This document shows positions 26,501-36,289 of a stretch of DNA of 64,000 nt, one piece after another (position 1 is the stretch's first letter; each line of letters begins with the position of its first letter). The position numbers and the translations under genes are program-made. The notes under the pieces were generated by a model. It saw nothing but the letters and a program-made list of their open reading frames with translations. It did not search any database and was not told the origin of the DNA. The stretch covers positions 136 to 64,135 of the forward strand of contig WARV01000008.1 of the NCBI GenBank assembly GCA_013387205.1, in the 5' to 3' direction. This DNA is from Patescibacteria group bacterium (GTDB taxonomy: Bacteria; Patescibacteriota; Doudnabacteria; UBA920).

Positions 26501-28354
26501 ATGAAAACACAAAAATTATTTTTAGCGGCATTAATAACTATTTTACTCGCGCAGCCTATACTGTCTTTGGCTCAAGGCATTGAAACTGGGTTTGACCCGA
26601 ATAAGATTATTGACGACAAGATATTTTCCGATACCCAGACTTTCGGCGGGCCGGAAGGCGTACAGAAATTTTTGGAAGTTAAGGGCTCGATTCTTGCCAA
26701 TACCAGTCCGGATTTCATCGCCAAATTAAAAGAGCCGGACATAACCATGCTTAAGCAAGGACTGGAAGATCCAAGGCCTAATTTGGGGCGGATGAGGACG
26801 GCAGCCGAGCTTATTTGGGACGCGTCCATACAAAGCGGCCTTAACCCGCAGGTAATCATTGTGACTTTAAACAAAGAGCAGAGCCTTATTACCGGCCATC
26901 AGGATTCTTCTCCGGACAAAATGCAGAAAGCTTTGGATAGGGCCATGGGTTTTGATTGCCCGGACGCGACCGGGTGCGGTAATTTGTTTCCCGGGTTTTA
27001 TTACCAATTATTCGGCAATTTCGACTCAGACGGCAACCGCTATTTGGGCGCTGCCAAATCTTTAATGAAATCTTTCAATACTGACGGCGGCCGCGGCCCG
27101 CAAATTGACGGGCATATATCCAGAGTCGGGGATGTTGTTACTTTAGATAACACCATGGGCGGGTTTGACGGCGTGTCACCCAGCCAGACAATTACAATAA
27201 TGAACCGGGCTACCGCAGCTTTATACCGTTTTACTCCGCACGTGTTTAACGGCAATTATAATTTTTGGAGATTTTTTAATTCCTGGTTCAGGTACCCGAA
27301 CGGCACGCTTTTGTCTTTGGCAGGGGATATAAAAACTTATATCATCCAAAACGGCACCAAGCAGCTGGTTCCGGATTTTGTGGCCAAGGCGCGCAATTTG
27401 AACTTGGCATCGAAAATCACCATCTCGCCTAACGAATACGACAGCTATCCGACAGATAAAGTGTTCGGGCCGAAAGACGACACTATTGTAAAAACTACAG
27501 ATAACAGTAAGACTTACGTGTTTATTAATAATATAAAGCACCCGGCATCAAGTTTTGTAATTTCGCAGAGGGGACTTAATCCAACCCAGGCTTTGGAAGT
27601 TTCAAGCAGCGAAGCTTCGTTGTTCGATACTGGAAATGTTTTGCCGCCAAAAGACGGGACAATTATCCGAGGAGTAACTAATCCGGCAATATATTTGGTT
27701 GATGGCGGCAGGATAAAACTTTTCAGCGAGTATACTTTCAAGCAGAGAAAGATTGCAGCCAAACAGGTTACGCCAGTGCCCGATGATGAAATTACTACGT
27801 ATGAAAAACAGGGTTTTGTGCCGCCGCTCGACAACACTTTAATCAAGTCAACGGATAAAGGGACTGTATATTTGGTTGATAAAGGCTTAAAGCGGCCGGT
27901 GACCGCGGAGTTATTCAAAAACCGCGGGTTTAAAGTTAAAGATGTAGTCAGCTTGAGTCCGGACGAAGTTACGTCTTTGACGGTCGGTGCTTACGCCACG
28001 CCTAAAGATAAAACATTCTTTAAAGTTGCCGAGACCGGCCAGCTGTATATGTTTAAGGAAGGAAGCAAACATCCGATTTCCAGTTTTGTAGCTAAGCAGC
28101 GCGGTATAACTCCAGATTACACTTTTGGCCAGAGCATGGCTTACGAATGGTATGATGGTATTTCAATTCCGCCGAAAGATAACACTTTGGTTAAAGGCGC
28201 TAAAGACGGTACAGTATATTTAGTCAGTAAAGGACAGTTAAGACCGCTCACAGCCAAAGCGTTCAAGGCGAGGAAGTATAACATAAAAAACATCAAGACT
28301 TTGCCCCAAGACGAAGTTGACGCGTATGCGAAAGGGGATGTGGTAAATAAGTAA
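26501..28354 (+). CDS. secreted protein with six tandem ~58-aa repeats (PPKDGTxVK...TVYLVxxGxKRPI motif)
   Basis: Signal peptide MKTQKLFLAALITILLAQPILSLAQG. Repeats PPKDGTIIRGVTNPAIYLVDGGRIKLF / PPLDNTLIKSTDKGTVYLVDKGLKRPV / PPKDNTLVKGAKDGTVYLVSKGQLRPL etc. Track ORF start 26453 lies inside the repeat element. Confidence 0.75.
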   Translation: MKTQKLFLAALITILLAQPILSLAQGIETGFDPNKIIDDKIFSDTQTFGGPEGVQKFLEVKGSILANTSPDFIAKLKEPDITMLKQGLEDPRPNLGRMRTAAELIWDASIQSGLNPQVIIVTLNKEQSLITGHQDSSPDKMQKALDRAMGFDCPDATGCGNLFPGFYYQLFGNFDSDGNRYLGAAKSLMKSFNTDGGRGPQIDGHISRVGDVVTLDNTMGGFDGVSPSQTITIMNRATAALYRFTPHVFNGNYNFWRFFNSWFRYPNGTLLSLAGDIKTYIIQNGTKQLVPDFVAKARNLNLASKITISPNEYDSYPTDKVFGPKDDTIVKTTDNSKTYVFINNIKHPASSFVISQRGLNPTQALEVSSSEASLFDTGNVLPPKDGTIIRGVTNPAIYLVDGGRIKLFSEYTFKQRKIAAKQVTPVPDDEITTYEKQGFVPPLDNTLIKSTDKGTVYLVDKGLKRPVTAELFKNRGFKVKDVVSLSPDEVTSLTVGAYATPKDKTFFKVAETGQLYMFKEGSKHPISSFVAKQRGITPDYTFGQSMAYEWYDGISIPPKDNTLVKGAKDGTVYLVSKGQLRPLTAKAFKARKYNIKNIKTLPQDEVDAYAKGDVVNK

Positions 28355-28434
28355 CAAGTGGTATATAGTAAGTAGCAAGCAAGAGCGGGCGTTTCATCGC
28401 CCGCTCTTTATCTTATCTGTCTAATTTGTCCTGT

Positions 28435-28478
28435 ACCACCTTGATGGTCACCATCCGGATGGTGACCATCAAGGTGGT
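28435..28478. repeat. 44-bp perfect palindrome
   Basis: accaccttgatggtcaccatccggatggtgaccatcaaggtggt, preceded by hairpin agagcgggcgtttcatcgcccgctct (28382-28407) and followed by ccgccagccggcgg. Confidence 0.6.
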
Positions 28479-28560
28479 ATCTTGCTCCGCCAGCCGGCGG
28501 ATGATGCAAGGTGTCCTCTTGTTTTAAGGTATTGGATAATTCTGATATAATTAAACAGCA

Positions 28561-30015
28561 ATGAGCAAGGCTGTATCAAAAAACATATTTTGGCTGTCGT
28601 TGTCCAGGGTTTTTGCCATGGTGCTGCTGTTTTTGGCGTATCGAAATCTTTTTAGATACTTGGGACCGTATAATTCCGGACAATACCAGTTTATTCTTTC
28701 GTACGTGCTGATGTTTTCCACTGTGGTGGATTTTGGCATCCAGCAGTTCATTATAAAAAAGATGAGCGAAAAGCCGGAAGAGACGGAGAATTATTTCCGG
28801 CAATTTTTAGCCTTTGAGTCCGCAGTTTCATTTTTTCTCTACGCGCTATTAATATCTATTGCATATTTCCGGCATTTCGACCCTCAGGTCTTACAAGGCA
28901 TTGCCTTGGCTGGCCTTGGTATGGTCGCTAATGCTTTAACTTATCCGTTTTTGTCTGTAATGAGCGCGAGACAAGACTTGCGCAAAGTTGCCTTTATAAA
29001 TTTTTTAAACTCCCTGGTAAATGTCAGTGTGATTGCCCTGGCAATTATTTTCCATAAAGGGATTGTATTCTTGGCCAGCATCCAGCTGATTTTTGGTTTA
29101 CTGGATTTGGCTTTATACAGGGTTTTTGTTTTAAAGCATTTGCCTGCGCCTAAAGTATTATCTTCCTTAAAGCATATTCATTTTGAGCTAATTTGGAGCA
29201 TTATCAATAATGCCTGGCCGTTTGTTTTGCTGGTGGGTTTTAGCGCGATTTACAACCGCATAGACGTGGTCATTTTGACTTTTTTAAAAGGCTACCAGGA
29301 AACCGGATATTACACGGCCGCTTATAAGATTTACGATTTGCTTGGTTTTTTCCCGTCCGTAGTTTCGTTTACATTGTTCCCGTTTTTTACTGGCTTGATG
29401 GCGAAAAATGCCATACTCGAAATAAAAGACAGTTTGGAAAAATATACAAGATTAATGTTGATGTTCGCGCTTCCAATGGCCGTAGGCGGCACTATTTTGG
29501 CACAGAAATTAATTATTTTGGTAACCGCGTCGCGGGAATTTTTGCCCGGCGCGCAAGCTTTGGCGATTTTAATTTGGGCGCCAGCTCTGCTGTTTATTTA
29601 TATTCCGGTGAACTCTTTGGTGATATCGCAGTTAACCAGGAAAGCGTTAATTATTACCGGAACTAATGTGGTTGTTAATATTGTGGGAAATTTGCTGTTA
29701 ATTCCGCGTTTTGGCATTCAGGCTGCGGCGGTTATGACTGTTTTAAGCGAAAGCTTGCAGGGAATTTTTTATTTTTATTTTGTCAGGAAAAATATTACAG
29801 ATTTCAAATTTTGGGGCTCGGTTTTTAAACCCGCGTTTGCGGCTTTGGTGATGGGCTTGGTATTGTGGCCGATAAGGGATATGAGTTTGTTGATTACTTT
29901 GGCGGCAGGCGCAGCGGTTTATATGGCAATGCTAACGATCACCAGGTTCATAGGGAAAGATGATATTGTGGTGATAAAAGGGTTATTCAGAAGAGAGAGC
30001 GGGGAATTGACCTAA
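28561..30015 (+). CDS. Wzx-like oligosaccharide flippase / polysaccharide biosynthesis protein (MOP superfamily)
   Basis: 484 aa, about 12-14 TM helices, N-terminal pattern typical of Polysacc_synt family. Confidence 0.75.
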   Translation: MSKAVSKNIFWLSLSRVFAMVLLFLAYRNLFRYLGPYNSGQYQFILSYVLMFSTVVDFGIQQFIIKKMSEKPEETENYFRQFLAFESAVSFFLYALLISIAYFRHFDPQVLQGIALAGLGMVANALTYPFLSVMSARQDLRKVAFINFLNSLVNVSVIALAIIFHKGIVFLASIQLIFGLLDLALYRVFVLKHLPAPKVLSSLKHIHFELIWSIINNAWPFVLLVGFSAIYNRIDVVILTFLKGYQETGYYTAAYKIYDLLGFFPSVVSFTLFPFFTGLMAKNAILEIKDSLEKYTRLMLMFALPMAVGGTILAQKLIILVTASREFLPGAQALAILIWAPALLFIYIPVNSLVISQLTRKALIITGTNVVVNIVGNLLLIPRFGIQAAAVMTVLSESLQGIFYFYFVRKNITDFKFWGSVFKPAFAALVMGLVLWPIRDMSLLITLAAGAAVYMAMLTITRFIGKDDIVVIKGLFRRESGELT

Positions 30016-30177
30016 TTGCTCTAATTACTAACTCCCTCTGTCTCCCTCTTTAGTAAAGAGGGAGAACCTGCCAAGAAAGGTTAGCTGATTGATAACAATC
30101 AGGTCTTCCTTAGTTTGTTCCTTCTCTTTGCTAAAGAGAAGGACAGGATGAGTTCTGGGTAGGTTAATTAGAAATTT
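30005..30177. repeat. composite family A/B element, inverted copy of 2815-3035
   Basis: rc of 30031-30152 aligns with 2851-2952 (actcatcctgtccttctctttagcaaagagaagga ... gagacagagggagt). A termini at 30005-30026 and 30161-30177. Confidence 0.7.
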
Positions 30178-30208
30178 TCCAAAAAGTGTGTTATAATTTA
30201 ATTAATAT

Positions 30209-30415
30209 ATGAAATCTAAGGAAACAAAAAACAATCAAATATTAGACAGCTTTTGGCCTATGATTTTTGTTGCGGTTGCGGCGGTGATATCGGTAGGGAT
30301 AATTATGTGGTCTGCTAATATGTCAAAGCTTCAGGAAGATTTGACATCTTTGAGCGTGGCCAAGCATAGCACCCAGACACAGGCAAAGGTTTTGGGCGAG
30401 GCTGTGAAGCGGTAG
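30209..30415 (+). CDS. small hypothetical membrane protein
   Basis: 68-aa ORF with one TM, no SD, TATAAT-like box directly upstream. Confidence 0.35.
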   Translation: MKSKETKNNQILDSFWPMIFVAVAAVISVGIIMWSANMSKLQEDLTSLSVAKHSTQTQAKVLGEAVKR

Positions 30416-30667
30416 TCTTCTTGCTTATAAAATATCGATTATGTGGTTTTTTAACGCGGCCAAATGGCCGTTTTCTTTACGCTTTTTTTAGGTTATAATT
30501 AAGGAGTATTATCAAAAAGTAAATGACCCTGTAGAGCTTCTTTGCAAACCTCCTGTTGTAAGCGGTAAATAATAGGTCGGCCTATAGGGATATCAACATT
30601 TTTTTAATTGCAATAGCTTTCGTTGTCGGTAAAATACAGCGAACAATTGCAAAGAAATTCTACAGGG

Positions 30668-31768
30668 ATGAAGATTGGAATTGAAGCAGAAAGGGCTAAT
30701 CTTGGCCAGAAGACCGGGGTTGAGCATTATGCCAAGCAGCTCATTCTGCACCTAGCCGAAATAGACCAAAAAAACCAATATATTTTATATTTGCGAACCA
30801 AACCGGAAAGCTGGTTTTTGAATTTGCCAAAAAACTTTTCTATAAAAGTAATGCCGTTTCCGATTTTCTGGACGCAGGTCAGGCTGTCTTTGGAAATGGT
30901 TTTTAATCCGGTTGATGTTTTATTTATTCCAGCTTCCGCGCTGCCTTTGTTACACCCGAAAAACAGCGTTGTGACAATCCATGATTTAGCCTGGCTGTTT
31001 TATCCGGATACTTTTACCTGGTTTAACCGCAGCTTCTTAAAATGGTCGACAAAATTTGCAACCAGGAATGCGAGAAAAATAATTGCGGTTTCTGAGGCGA
31101 CTAAGAATGATTTGGTTAAATATTATCGCGTAGATGATAAAAAGGTTGGTGTAGTGCATCATGGGTATGAGAATAACAATTACGGATTACGGATTACGGA
31201 TTACGGATTAAAATCGCCACTACCGGAAAAATTTATTTTATTTTTATCGACCTTACAACCAAGGAAGAATTTGGAAGGGCTGATTGACGCTTTTAAGGAA
31301 TTAAAACAGGAAAATCCGGAATTGCCGCACAGGCTGGTGGTGGTCGGCAGACTCGGGTGGAAATTTGAAAGTATTTTAAAGAAGATTGATGAAAATAAGG
31401 ATTTGGTTGCTTATTTAAACCATGTATCAGACGAAGACCGTTTGGCGATTATGCGCAAAGCCGATTTATTAGTTTTGCCAAGTTTCTATGAAGGTTTCGG
31501 CATGCAGATTTTGGAAGCGTTTGACGCAAAAGTGCCGGTTGCCGCATCAAAAGTTTCCAGCATGCCGGAAGTGGCGGGGGAAGCTGCTGTTTATTTTGAT
31601 CCTCATGATACAAAAGAGATAAAAAACGCCATTAAGTGTGTTTTGTTGGACAAGTCCATGTCAGACTGCTTAAAAGACTTGGGGCAAAAGAGGCTTGAAA
31701 GTTTCAGCTGGAATAAGTGTGCAAAAGAAACCCTGGAAGTAATGACAAAATTGACGGAAATGACATAA
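30668..31768 (+). CDS. GT4-family glycosyltransferase
   Basis: Start MKIGIEAERANL. C-terminal LPSFYEGFGMQILEAFDAKVPV (GT4 E-x7-E region). In-frame ttacgga x4 heptad repeat at 31189-31216 (LRITDY). 3' end inside a family D element. Confidence 0.85.
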   Translation: MKIGIEAERANLGQKTGVEHYAKQLILHLAEIDQKNQYILYLRTKPESWFLNLPKNFSIKVMPFPIFWTQVRLSLEMVFNPVDVLFIPASALPLLHPKNSVVTIHDLAWLFYPDTFTWFNRSFLKWSTKFATRNARKIIAVSEATKNDLVKYYRVDDKKVGVVHHGYENNNYGLRITDYGLKSPLPEKFILFLSTLQPRKNLEGLIDAFKELKQENPELPHRLVVVGRLGWKFESILKKIDENKDLVAYLNHVSDEDRLAIMRKADLLVLPSFYEGFGMQILEAFDAKVPVAASKVSSMPEVAGEAAVYFDPHDTKEIKNAIKCVLLDKSMSDCLKDLGQKRLESFSWNKCAKETLEVMTKLTEMT

Positions 31769-31895
31769 ATTAACCTTCATACAGGCGTCATTCCGAGTGC
31801 AGCCGAGGAATCTCCTTTTGTAGTTTAAGAGATCCTTCGCTCGGATGCACTCGCTCAGGATGACGCCGGAGCGTCATTTTTGTCATTTATTTAAT
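31741..31895. repeat. family D element with a family C-like element nested inside
   Basis: aatgacaaaattgacggaaatgacataaatt ... [gtcattccgagtgcagccgagg...gctcaggatgacgccggagcgtca] ... tttttgtcatttatttaa. Confidence 0.55.
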
Positions 31896-31906
31896 TTTTT
31901 TAATTT

Positions 31907-33520
31907 TTGCTCATTGTATTTATGTTTTTAACTGACGAAAATAAAATATTTTCCTGGCCAAAAGCCGCCATGTCATTATTATACGTATGGCAGGCGCTTA
32001 CCATATTGCTTGTGATTTTTGGAATACTGCAGCCTTGGGCTGTCTGGATTGTCCTGATTTTAGGGCTTTTATATATCGCAATTTTCCCGGAATTCTATTC
32101 TTTGATGTTCCTGATTGTTTCTATCCCATTTTATCTGGCAATACCGAACCAGCGTTTTGACACGCTTTCAATTTGGAGAATTTGGTTTGCATTTATTTTT
32201 CTTGTTTGGTTTTTCAGGTTTACTATCAGGTTTTACCGAAAAGAGAAAAAGATTAACCTAAGAAAAATATGGTCAGAAATTTACTTTATGCCTTGGGATA
32301 AGGCATTGGGCTTGTTTTTCTTTATTGCGGTTATTTTGGTCCCGTTTTCTAAATTTGCCGTACCAAGCCTTAAGCAGCTAATGTTTATTTTGAATGCTTA
32401 TTTTATATATGTAGTTTTGGTAAATACCATAAAAACAAAAGAGCAGATAATCAGCGCGGTCAGGTTCGCAATAATTTCTTTAGGCACCATTGTGCTTGTA
32501 GGTTACATCCAGCTCATTTCGACATTTTTCACCAGCTTTGATACGTTTTGGGTTTACTGGGCCAGCTTCATTTCAAAGTTATATTACGGCCAAAACCTGG
32601 CAAGCGTTTTGTTATATTCCAACTCCTGGTTTTCTTATAATGGCGCCAGGGAATTGCGCATGTTCAGCATAATGCCGGATTCGCATTCTTTCGCGGTCAT
32701 CTCGGTATTTTTAATTTCATTCCTTTTGTCCTTAACTTATTTTTACGCGAAAAGGGACAGGTATATGCTTTGGACCGTTGTCAGGACAACCGGTCTTGCG
32801 GTAATCCTTTCCGGCACGCGCGGCGTGTGGGCCGGCATGGCCGCTCCTTTTTTGGCGACGATTTTCATGATAACAAAAAATTATTTCAGGCCTATCGCGG
32901 AAAAGATTTTTTGGTCTTTGGCTATGATCCTTTTGTTTTTTGCTATGGCCCCGGCATTTAACAAAGCATTTGATTTTATGCGCGTTAGGAGCTTTAAGGA
33001 AAACTTTTTGGACCGGGCCAAGACAATGTATGACGTCAGCGAGGATTCCAATCAGGCCAGAATAGAAATTTGGAAGCACAGTATCAGATACGCGGTCAGC
33101 CATCCTGTGGGCGTGGGTTTTGGCAATTTCTTAGTCTCAATATCAAGCGATACAAACCAAAAGACATTTTCGGAACTGAGCCAGGTTAATAACAAGCGAT
33201 ACAACCTTCCCCAAAAATACGTTACAGCGCATAATTTATATCTAAACGTTTTAGTCGAATTGGGGGTTTTTGGCTTAGCGGCATTCTTGTGGTTCTGGTG
33301 GAAATATTTTAAAACAGTTTGGGATTTTATGGTGAGATTCCGCGACCAGGATAATTTTTATATGTTTTTCGTAATAGTTTCCGCGCTGACTTTTTTGTGG
33401 CTTTTGGCGTATGGCCTGTTTGACGTAACACTATTTAATGACAAAGTCTTAATGTATAGTTTCATCAGTTTGGGGCTTTCTGGGATTATCATAACTAGGT
33501 ACCGCGATTTGAAAAAATGA
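31907..33520 (+). CDS. O-antigen ligase/polymerase-like (Wzy_C family) membrane protein
   Basis: About 12 TM helices with periplasmic-loop region TGLAVILSGTRGVWAGMAAPFLATIF typical of O-antigen ligase family. Confidence 0.6.
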   Translation: MLIVFMFLTDENKIFSWPKAAMSLLYVWQALTILLVIFGILQPWAVWIVLILGLLYIAIFPEFYSLMFLIVSIPFYLAIPNQRFDTLSIWRIWFAFIFLVWFFRFTIRFYRKEKKINLRKIWSEIYFMPWDKALGLFFFIAVILVPFSKFAVPSLKQLMFILNAYFIYVVLVNTIKTKEQIISAVRFAIISLGTIVLVGYIQLISTFFTSFDTFWVYWASFISKLYYGQNLASVLLYSNSWFSYNGARELRMFSIMPDSHSFAVISVFLISFLLSLTYFYAKRDRYMLWTVVRTTGLAVILSGTRGVWAGMAAPFLATIFMITKNYFRPIAEKIFWSLAMILLFFAMAPAFNKAFDFMRVRSFKENFLDRAKTMYDVSEDSNQARIEIWKHSIRYAVSHPVGVGFGNFLVSISSDTNQKTFSELSQVNNKRYNLPQKYVTAHNLYLNVLVELGVFGLAAFLWFWWKYFKTVWDFMVRFRDQDNFYMFFVIVSALTFLWLLAYGLFDVTLFNDKVLMYSFISLGLSGIIITRYRDLKK

Positions 33521-33530
33521 CATCCTCAAA

Positions 33531-33580
33531 TGTCATTCCGGGAGCTACAAGCGTAGCGAGGGCTACCCGGAATCTACGCT
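33531..33580. repeat. family C-like short element
   Basis: gtcattccgggagctacaagcgtagcgagggctacccggaatctacgc. Confidence 0.4.
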
Positions 33581-33647
33581 TTGATTATTATCCAGATATG
33601 GATCCCGGATTTAATCTGGGGTGGAACAAAAAAACACTAAAATTTTT

Positions 33648-34763
33648 ATGCCAAAAGTAACAGTTGTCCAAGTAATCTATAACAACCGCCGATTCATTGA
33701 ACCGGTTTTTAACGCTGTATTTAACCAGACTTTTAAGGATATTGAAGTAGTGGCAGTTATTGCAGGCAACGAAGATGGTTCAAAAGAATTGCTCGCAGAA
33801 AAATTTCCCCAGGTTAAAATAATCGATCCCGGTTACAATATCGGTTTTGCAAAAGGGCATAACCTGGTTTTTGAAAAGTATGATCCGGAATTCTTCCAGC
33901 TGGTCAATCCCGACTTGGTAATGGAGCCGAATTATATTGAAGAGATGCTAAAAGCGTTTGATGATGAAAAAGTAGGCGCGGTTACAGGGAAGTTGTTGAA
34001 ATGTAATTTTGTAGGGGCGGATCCCATCCGCCCAGATGAAGGGAAGATAATATCTTCCACTACAAAAGTGCAAAAAACCAATATTATCGATTCTACCGGC
34101 GTTGTTATTTATAAATCCGGCGCAGCGCGTGACCGCGGGCAGCACGAGACTGACAACGGCCAATACGACGATTTAGCCGTTGTTCAGGCAGTATCCGCTG
34201 CCGGAGCCATGTATAGAAGAGCGGCTTTGGAATCAACTAAGTTATCAAAAATTTCTACCACCCCGGCTGCTAACGCAGCCACCCCTCCTGTAAAGGAGGA
34301 GTACTCCACATTAGTGGAGGGAGGTGGTATTAAGTATGAATACTTCGACGAGGATTTTCATTCTTACTGGGAAGACGTGGATTTGGCCTGGAGGATGAGC
34401 AATGGCGGGTGGAAATGCATGTTTCAACCAGCTGCGATTGCACATCATGGCAGAGGGTCGGGTTCGCATCCTGGCGGATACAAAAAAGTTTTTTCCTACA
34501 TTAAATTCCACAGGCAAATTCCGCCCCGCATCCGCCAGCTTAACTACCAAAACCACATTTTCATGTATTTGAAAAATTCCTCGTGGTTTTATCCGCAATT
34601 TTTTATCCGCGAATTTTTCATGGCTTGTTATATGCTGTTGTTTGAAATTAGCACCTTCAAAGTCGTTCCCAATATGTTTAAGCTGTTTCCCAAAATGTGG
34701 CAGAAGCGGAAAAATATCCTAGTTTGTAAAAATCGCGGCCGTGATTTTTACAAACAGAAGTAA
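33648..34763 (+). CDS. GT2-family glycosyltransferase
   Basis: MPKVTVVQVIYNNRRFIEPVFNAV ... YFDEDFHSYWEDVDLAWRM (DxD / ED motif region). About 25-aa low-complexity insertion encoded by three consecutive hairpins at 34258-34330. Confidence 0.8.
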   Translation: MPKVTVVQVIYNNRRFIEPVFNAVFNQTFKDIEVVAVIAGNEDGSKELLAEKFPQVKIIDPGYNIGFAKGHNLVFEKYDPEFFQLVNPDLVMEPNYIEEMLKAFDDEKVGAVTGKLLKCNFVGADPIRPDEGKIISSTTKVQKTNIIDSTGVVIYKSGAARDRGQHETDNGQYDDLAVVQAVSAAGAMYRRAALESTKLSKISTTPAANAATPPVKEEYSTLVEGGGIKYEYFDEDFHSYWEDVDLAWRMSNGGWKCMFQPAAIAHHGRGSGSHPGGYKKVFSYIKFHRQIPPRIRQLNYQNHIFMYLKNSSWFYPQFFIREFFMACYMLLFEISTFKVVPNMFKLFPKMWQKRKNILVCKNRGRDFYKQK

Positions 34764-34831
34764 AAATTAAATAGCGCCACCAAGATTTGAAATCAAGGCG
34801 GCGCTAAGGATGGCATCTTTCGGCCGAGTTG

Positions 34832-35176
34832 TTACCAGTTTTTTGCGGGATTGAAAAGTTCTCCGTCGACTTGCAAGAGATCGCCGTTGGTAAGGAGTTC
34901 GGGTGATATCGTTGTTTCCCCATCCGCCTTACCCCTGTCTTCGCAAAAGGTATAAAGGCTACCTTGGAACCAAACTTTGGTTCCATCGGAGATAATTAGG
35001 CATTCTTTCGGGTGCTGCTGGTGGTTGATTGATGAAAAGTGGGAACTTTTCCAATTCACGCCAGAGCTTTCATGAAACATGATTAACTCGCCGGGATCTG
35101 CTGTTCTGACTGGTGCGCCAGAACTGGTGTGGTCTACGATCATATTTCCTCCGTTCACAGGATTTGCGTTCAACAT
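34832..35176 (-). CDS. hypothetical small protein
   Basis: 114-aa ORF between convergent terminator and divergent GT2 gene. No motif, weak translation signals. Confidence 0.35.
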   Translation of the reverse strand: MLNANPVNGGNMIVDHTSSGAPVRTADPGELIMFHESSGVNWKSSHFSSINHQQHPKECLIISDGTKVWFQGSLYTFCEDRGKADGETTISPELLTNGDLLQVDGELFNPAKNW

Positions 35177-35210
35177 AATTTAACACGTAATTAAGCCAGA
35201 AGTCAATAAT

Positions 35211-36143
35211 ATGGATATATCAATAATTATCCTTTCCTACAAATCCAAAGAGCATTTGAAGGTGCTTTTGCCGAGTATTAAGCAGCAAACCGGCATCTGT
35301 TGGGACGGCTCCGGTGATGGATATAGCGGCGAAGTAATTATTGTCGACAACGGTTCGAACGACGGCACGGTTGAATGGGTTGAAGATCAGATTGATAAAT
35401 TACGGATTACGGATTACGAATTGAATGTTAACGAATCCGCAATCCGCAATCCGCAATTGTGTTTAATTAAAAATACTAATTCCGGTTTTGCGGCTGGAAA
35501 TAACATCGGCATAAAAAAAGCCGCGGGCAGGCATATCTTAATTTTAAATCCTGACACGAAATTGGAACCGGATACGCTGGAAACCATGCTTGATTTTATG
35601 GAAAAGCGGCAAGATGTCGGAATTAGCGGATGCAAACTTATCAAAGCTGACGGAAAATTGGATTTAGCATGCAGAAGAAGATTTCCAAACCCTTGGAACA
35701 GTTTTTCGCGGTTGTTTTTGAAAAATAATACCAATTACAATTACAGCGATATAGATGAAAACCAGGAAATGGAAGTTGATAGCGTGGTCGGCGCTTTTAT
35801 GCTTGTCAGAAAATCGGTGATTGATAAAATCGGGCTTTTGGATGAAACATTTTTTATGTATGGCGAAGATTTGGATTGGTGCTGGCGCTGCAAGGAAGCT
35901 GGTTTTAAGGTTTGGTATCATCCGAAAACTTTTATTTACCATTACAAAGGCGAATCATCAAAAAAAATTCCTTTTAAGGCTTTAAAGTGGTTTCATGACG
36001 CCATGTGGACTTTTTACAGTAAGCATTACGCAAAAAAGTATCCGTTTTTCTTTAATTGGATAGTTTGGGCGGGGATTTATTTAAGGATGTTGGTTTTAAT
36101 AGTAATCAATTTACCCAGGAAAGAGGCAAGGGTAAGCAAATAG
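35211..36143 (+). CDS. GT2-family glycosyltransferase
   Basis: MDISIIILSYKSKEHL ... VIIVDNGSNDGT ... YGEDLDWCWR. In-frame palindromic heptad insert 35400-35460 (LRITDY...AIRNPQL). Confidence 0.85.
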   Translation: MDISIIILSYKSKEHLKVLLPSIKQQTGICWDGSGDGYSGEVIIVDNGSNDGTVEWVEDQIDKLRITDYELNVNESAIRNPQLCLIKNTNSGFAAGNNIGIKKAAGRHILILNPDTKLEPDTLETMLDFMEKRQDVGISGCKLIKADGKLDLACRRRFPNPWNSFSRLFLKNNTNYNYSDIDENQEMEVDSVVGAFMLVRKSVIDKIGLLDETFFMYGEDLDWCWRCKEAGFKVWYHPKTFIYHYKGESSKKIPFKALKWFHDAMWTFYSKHYAKKYPFFFNWIVWAGIYLRMLVLIVINLPRKEARVSK

Positions 36144-36144
36144 A

Positions 36145-36233
36145 AATGACAAAAATTAAAAAAATGACAGAATTGACATAAATAATTGGCCCAATAATTT
36201 TGTCATTTACGTCGTTTTTGTCATTTTTGTCAA
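36145..36233. repeat. family D (TGACA-rich) palindromic element
   Basis: aaatgacaaaaattaaaaaaatgacagaattgacataaataat ... tttgtcatttacgtcgtttttgtcatttttgtcaat. Confidence 0.6.
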
Positions 36234-36289
36234 TGTGATTATTTTTGTGGTATTATTAAATTAATTATTATTATCTTCTTACTTTAATT

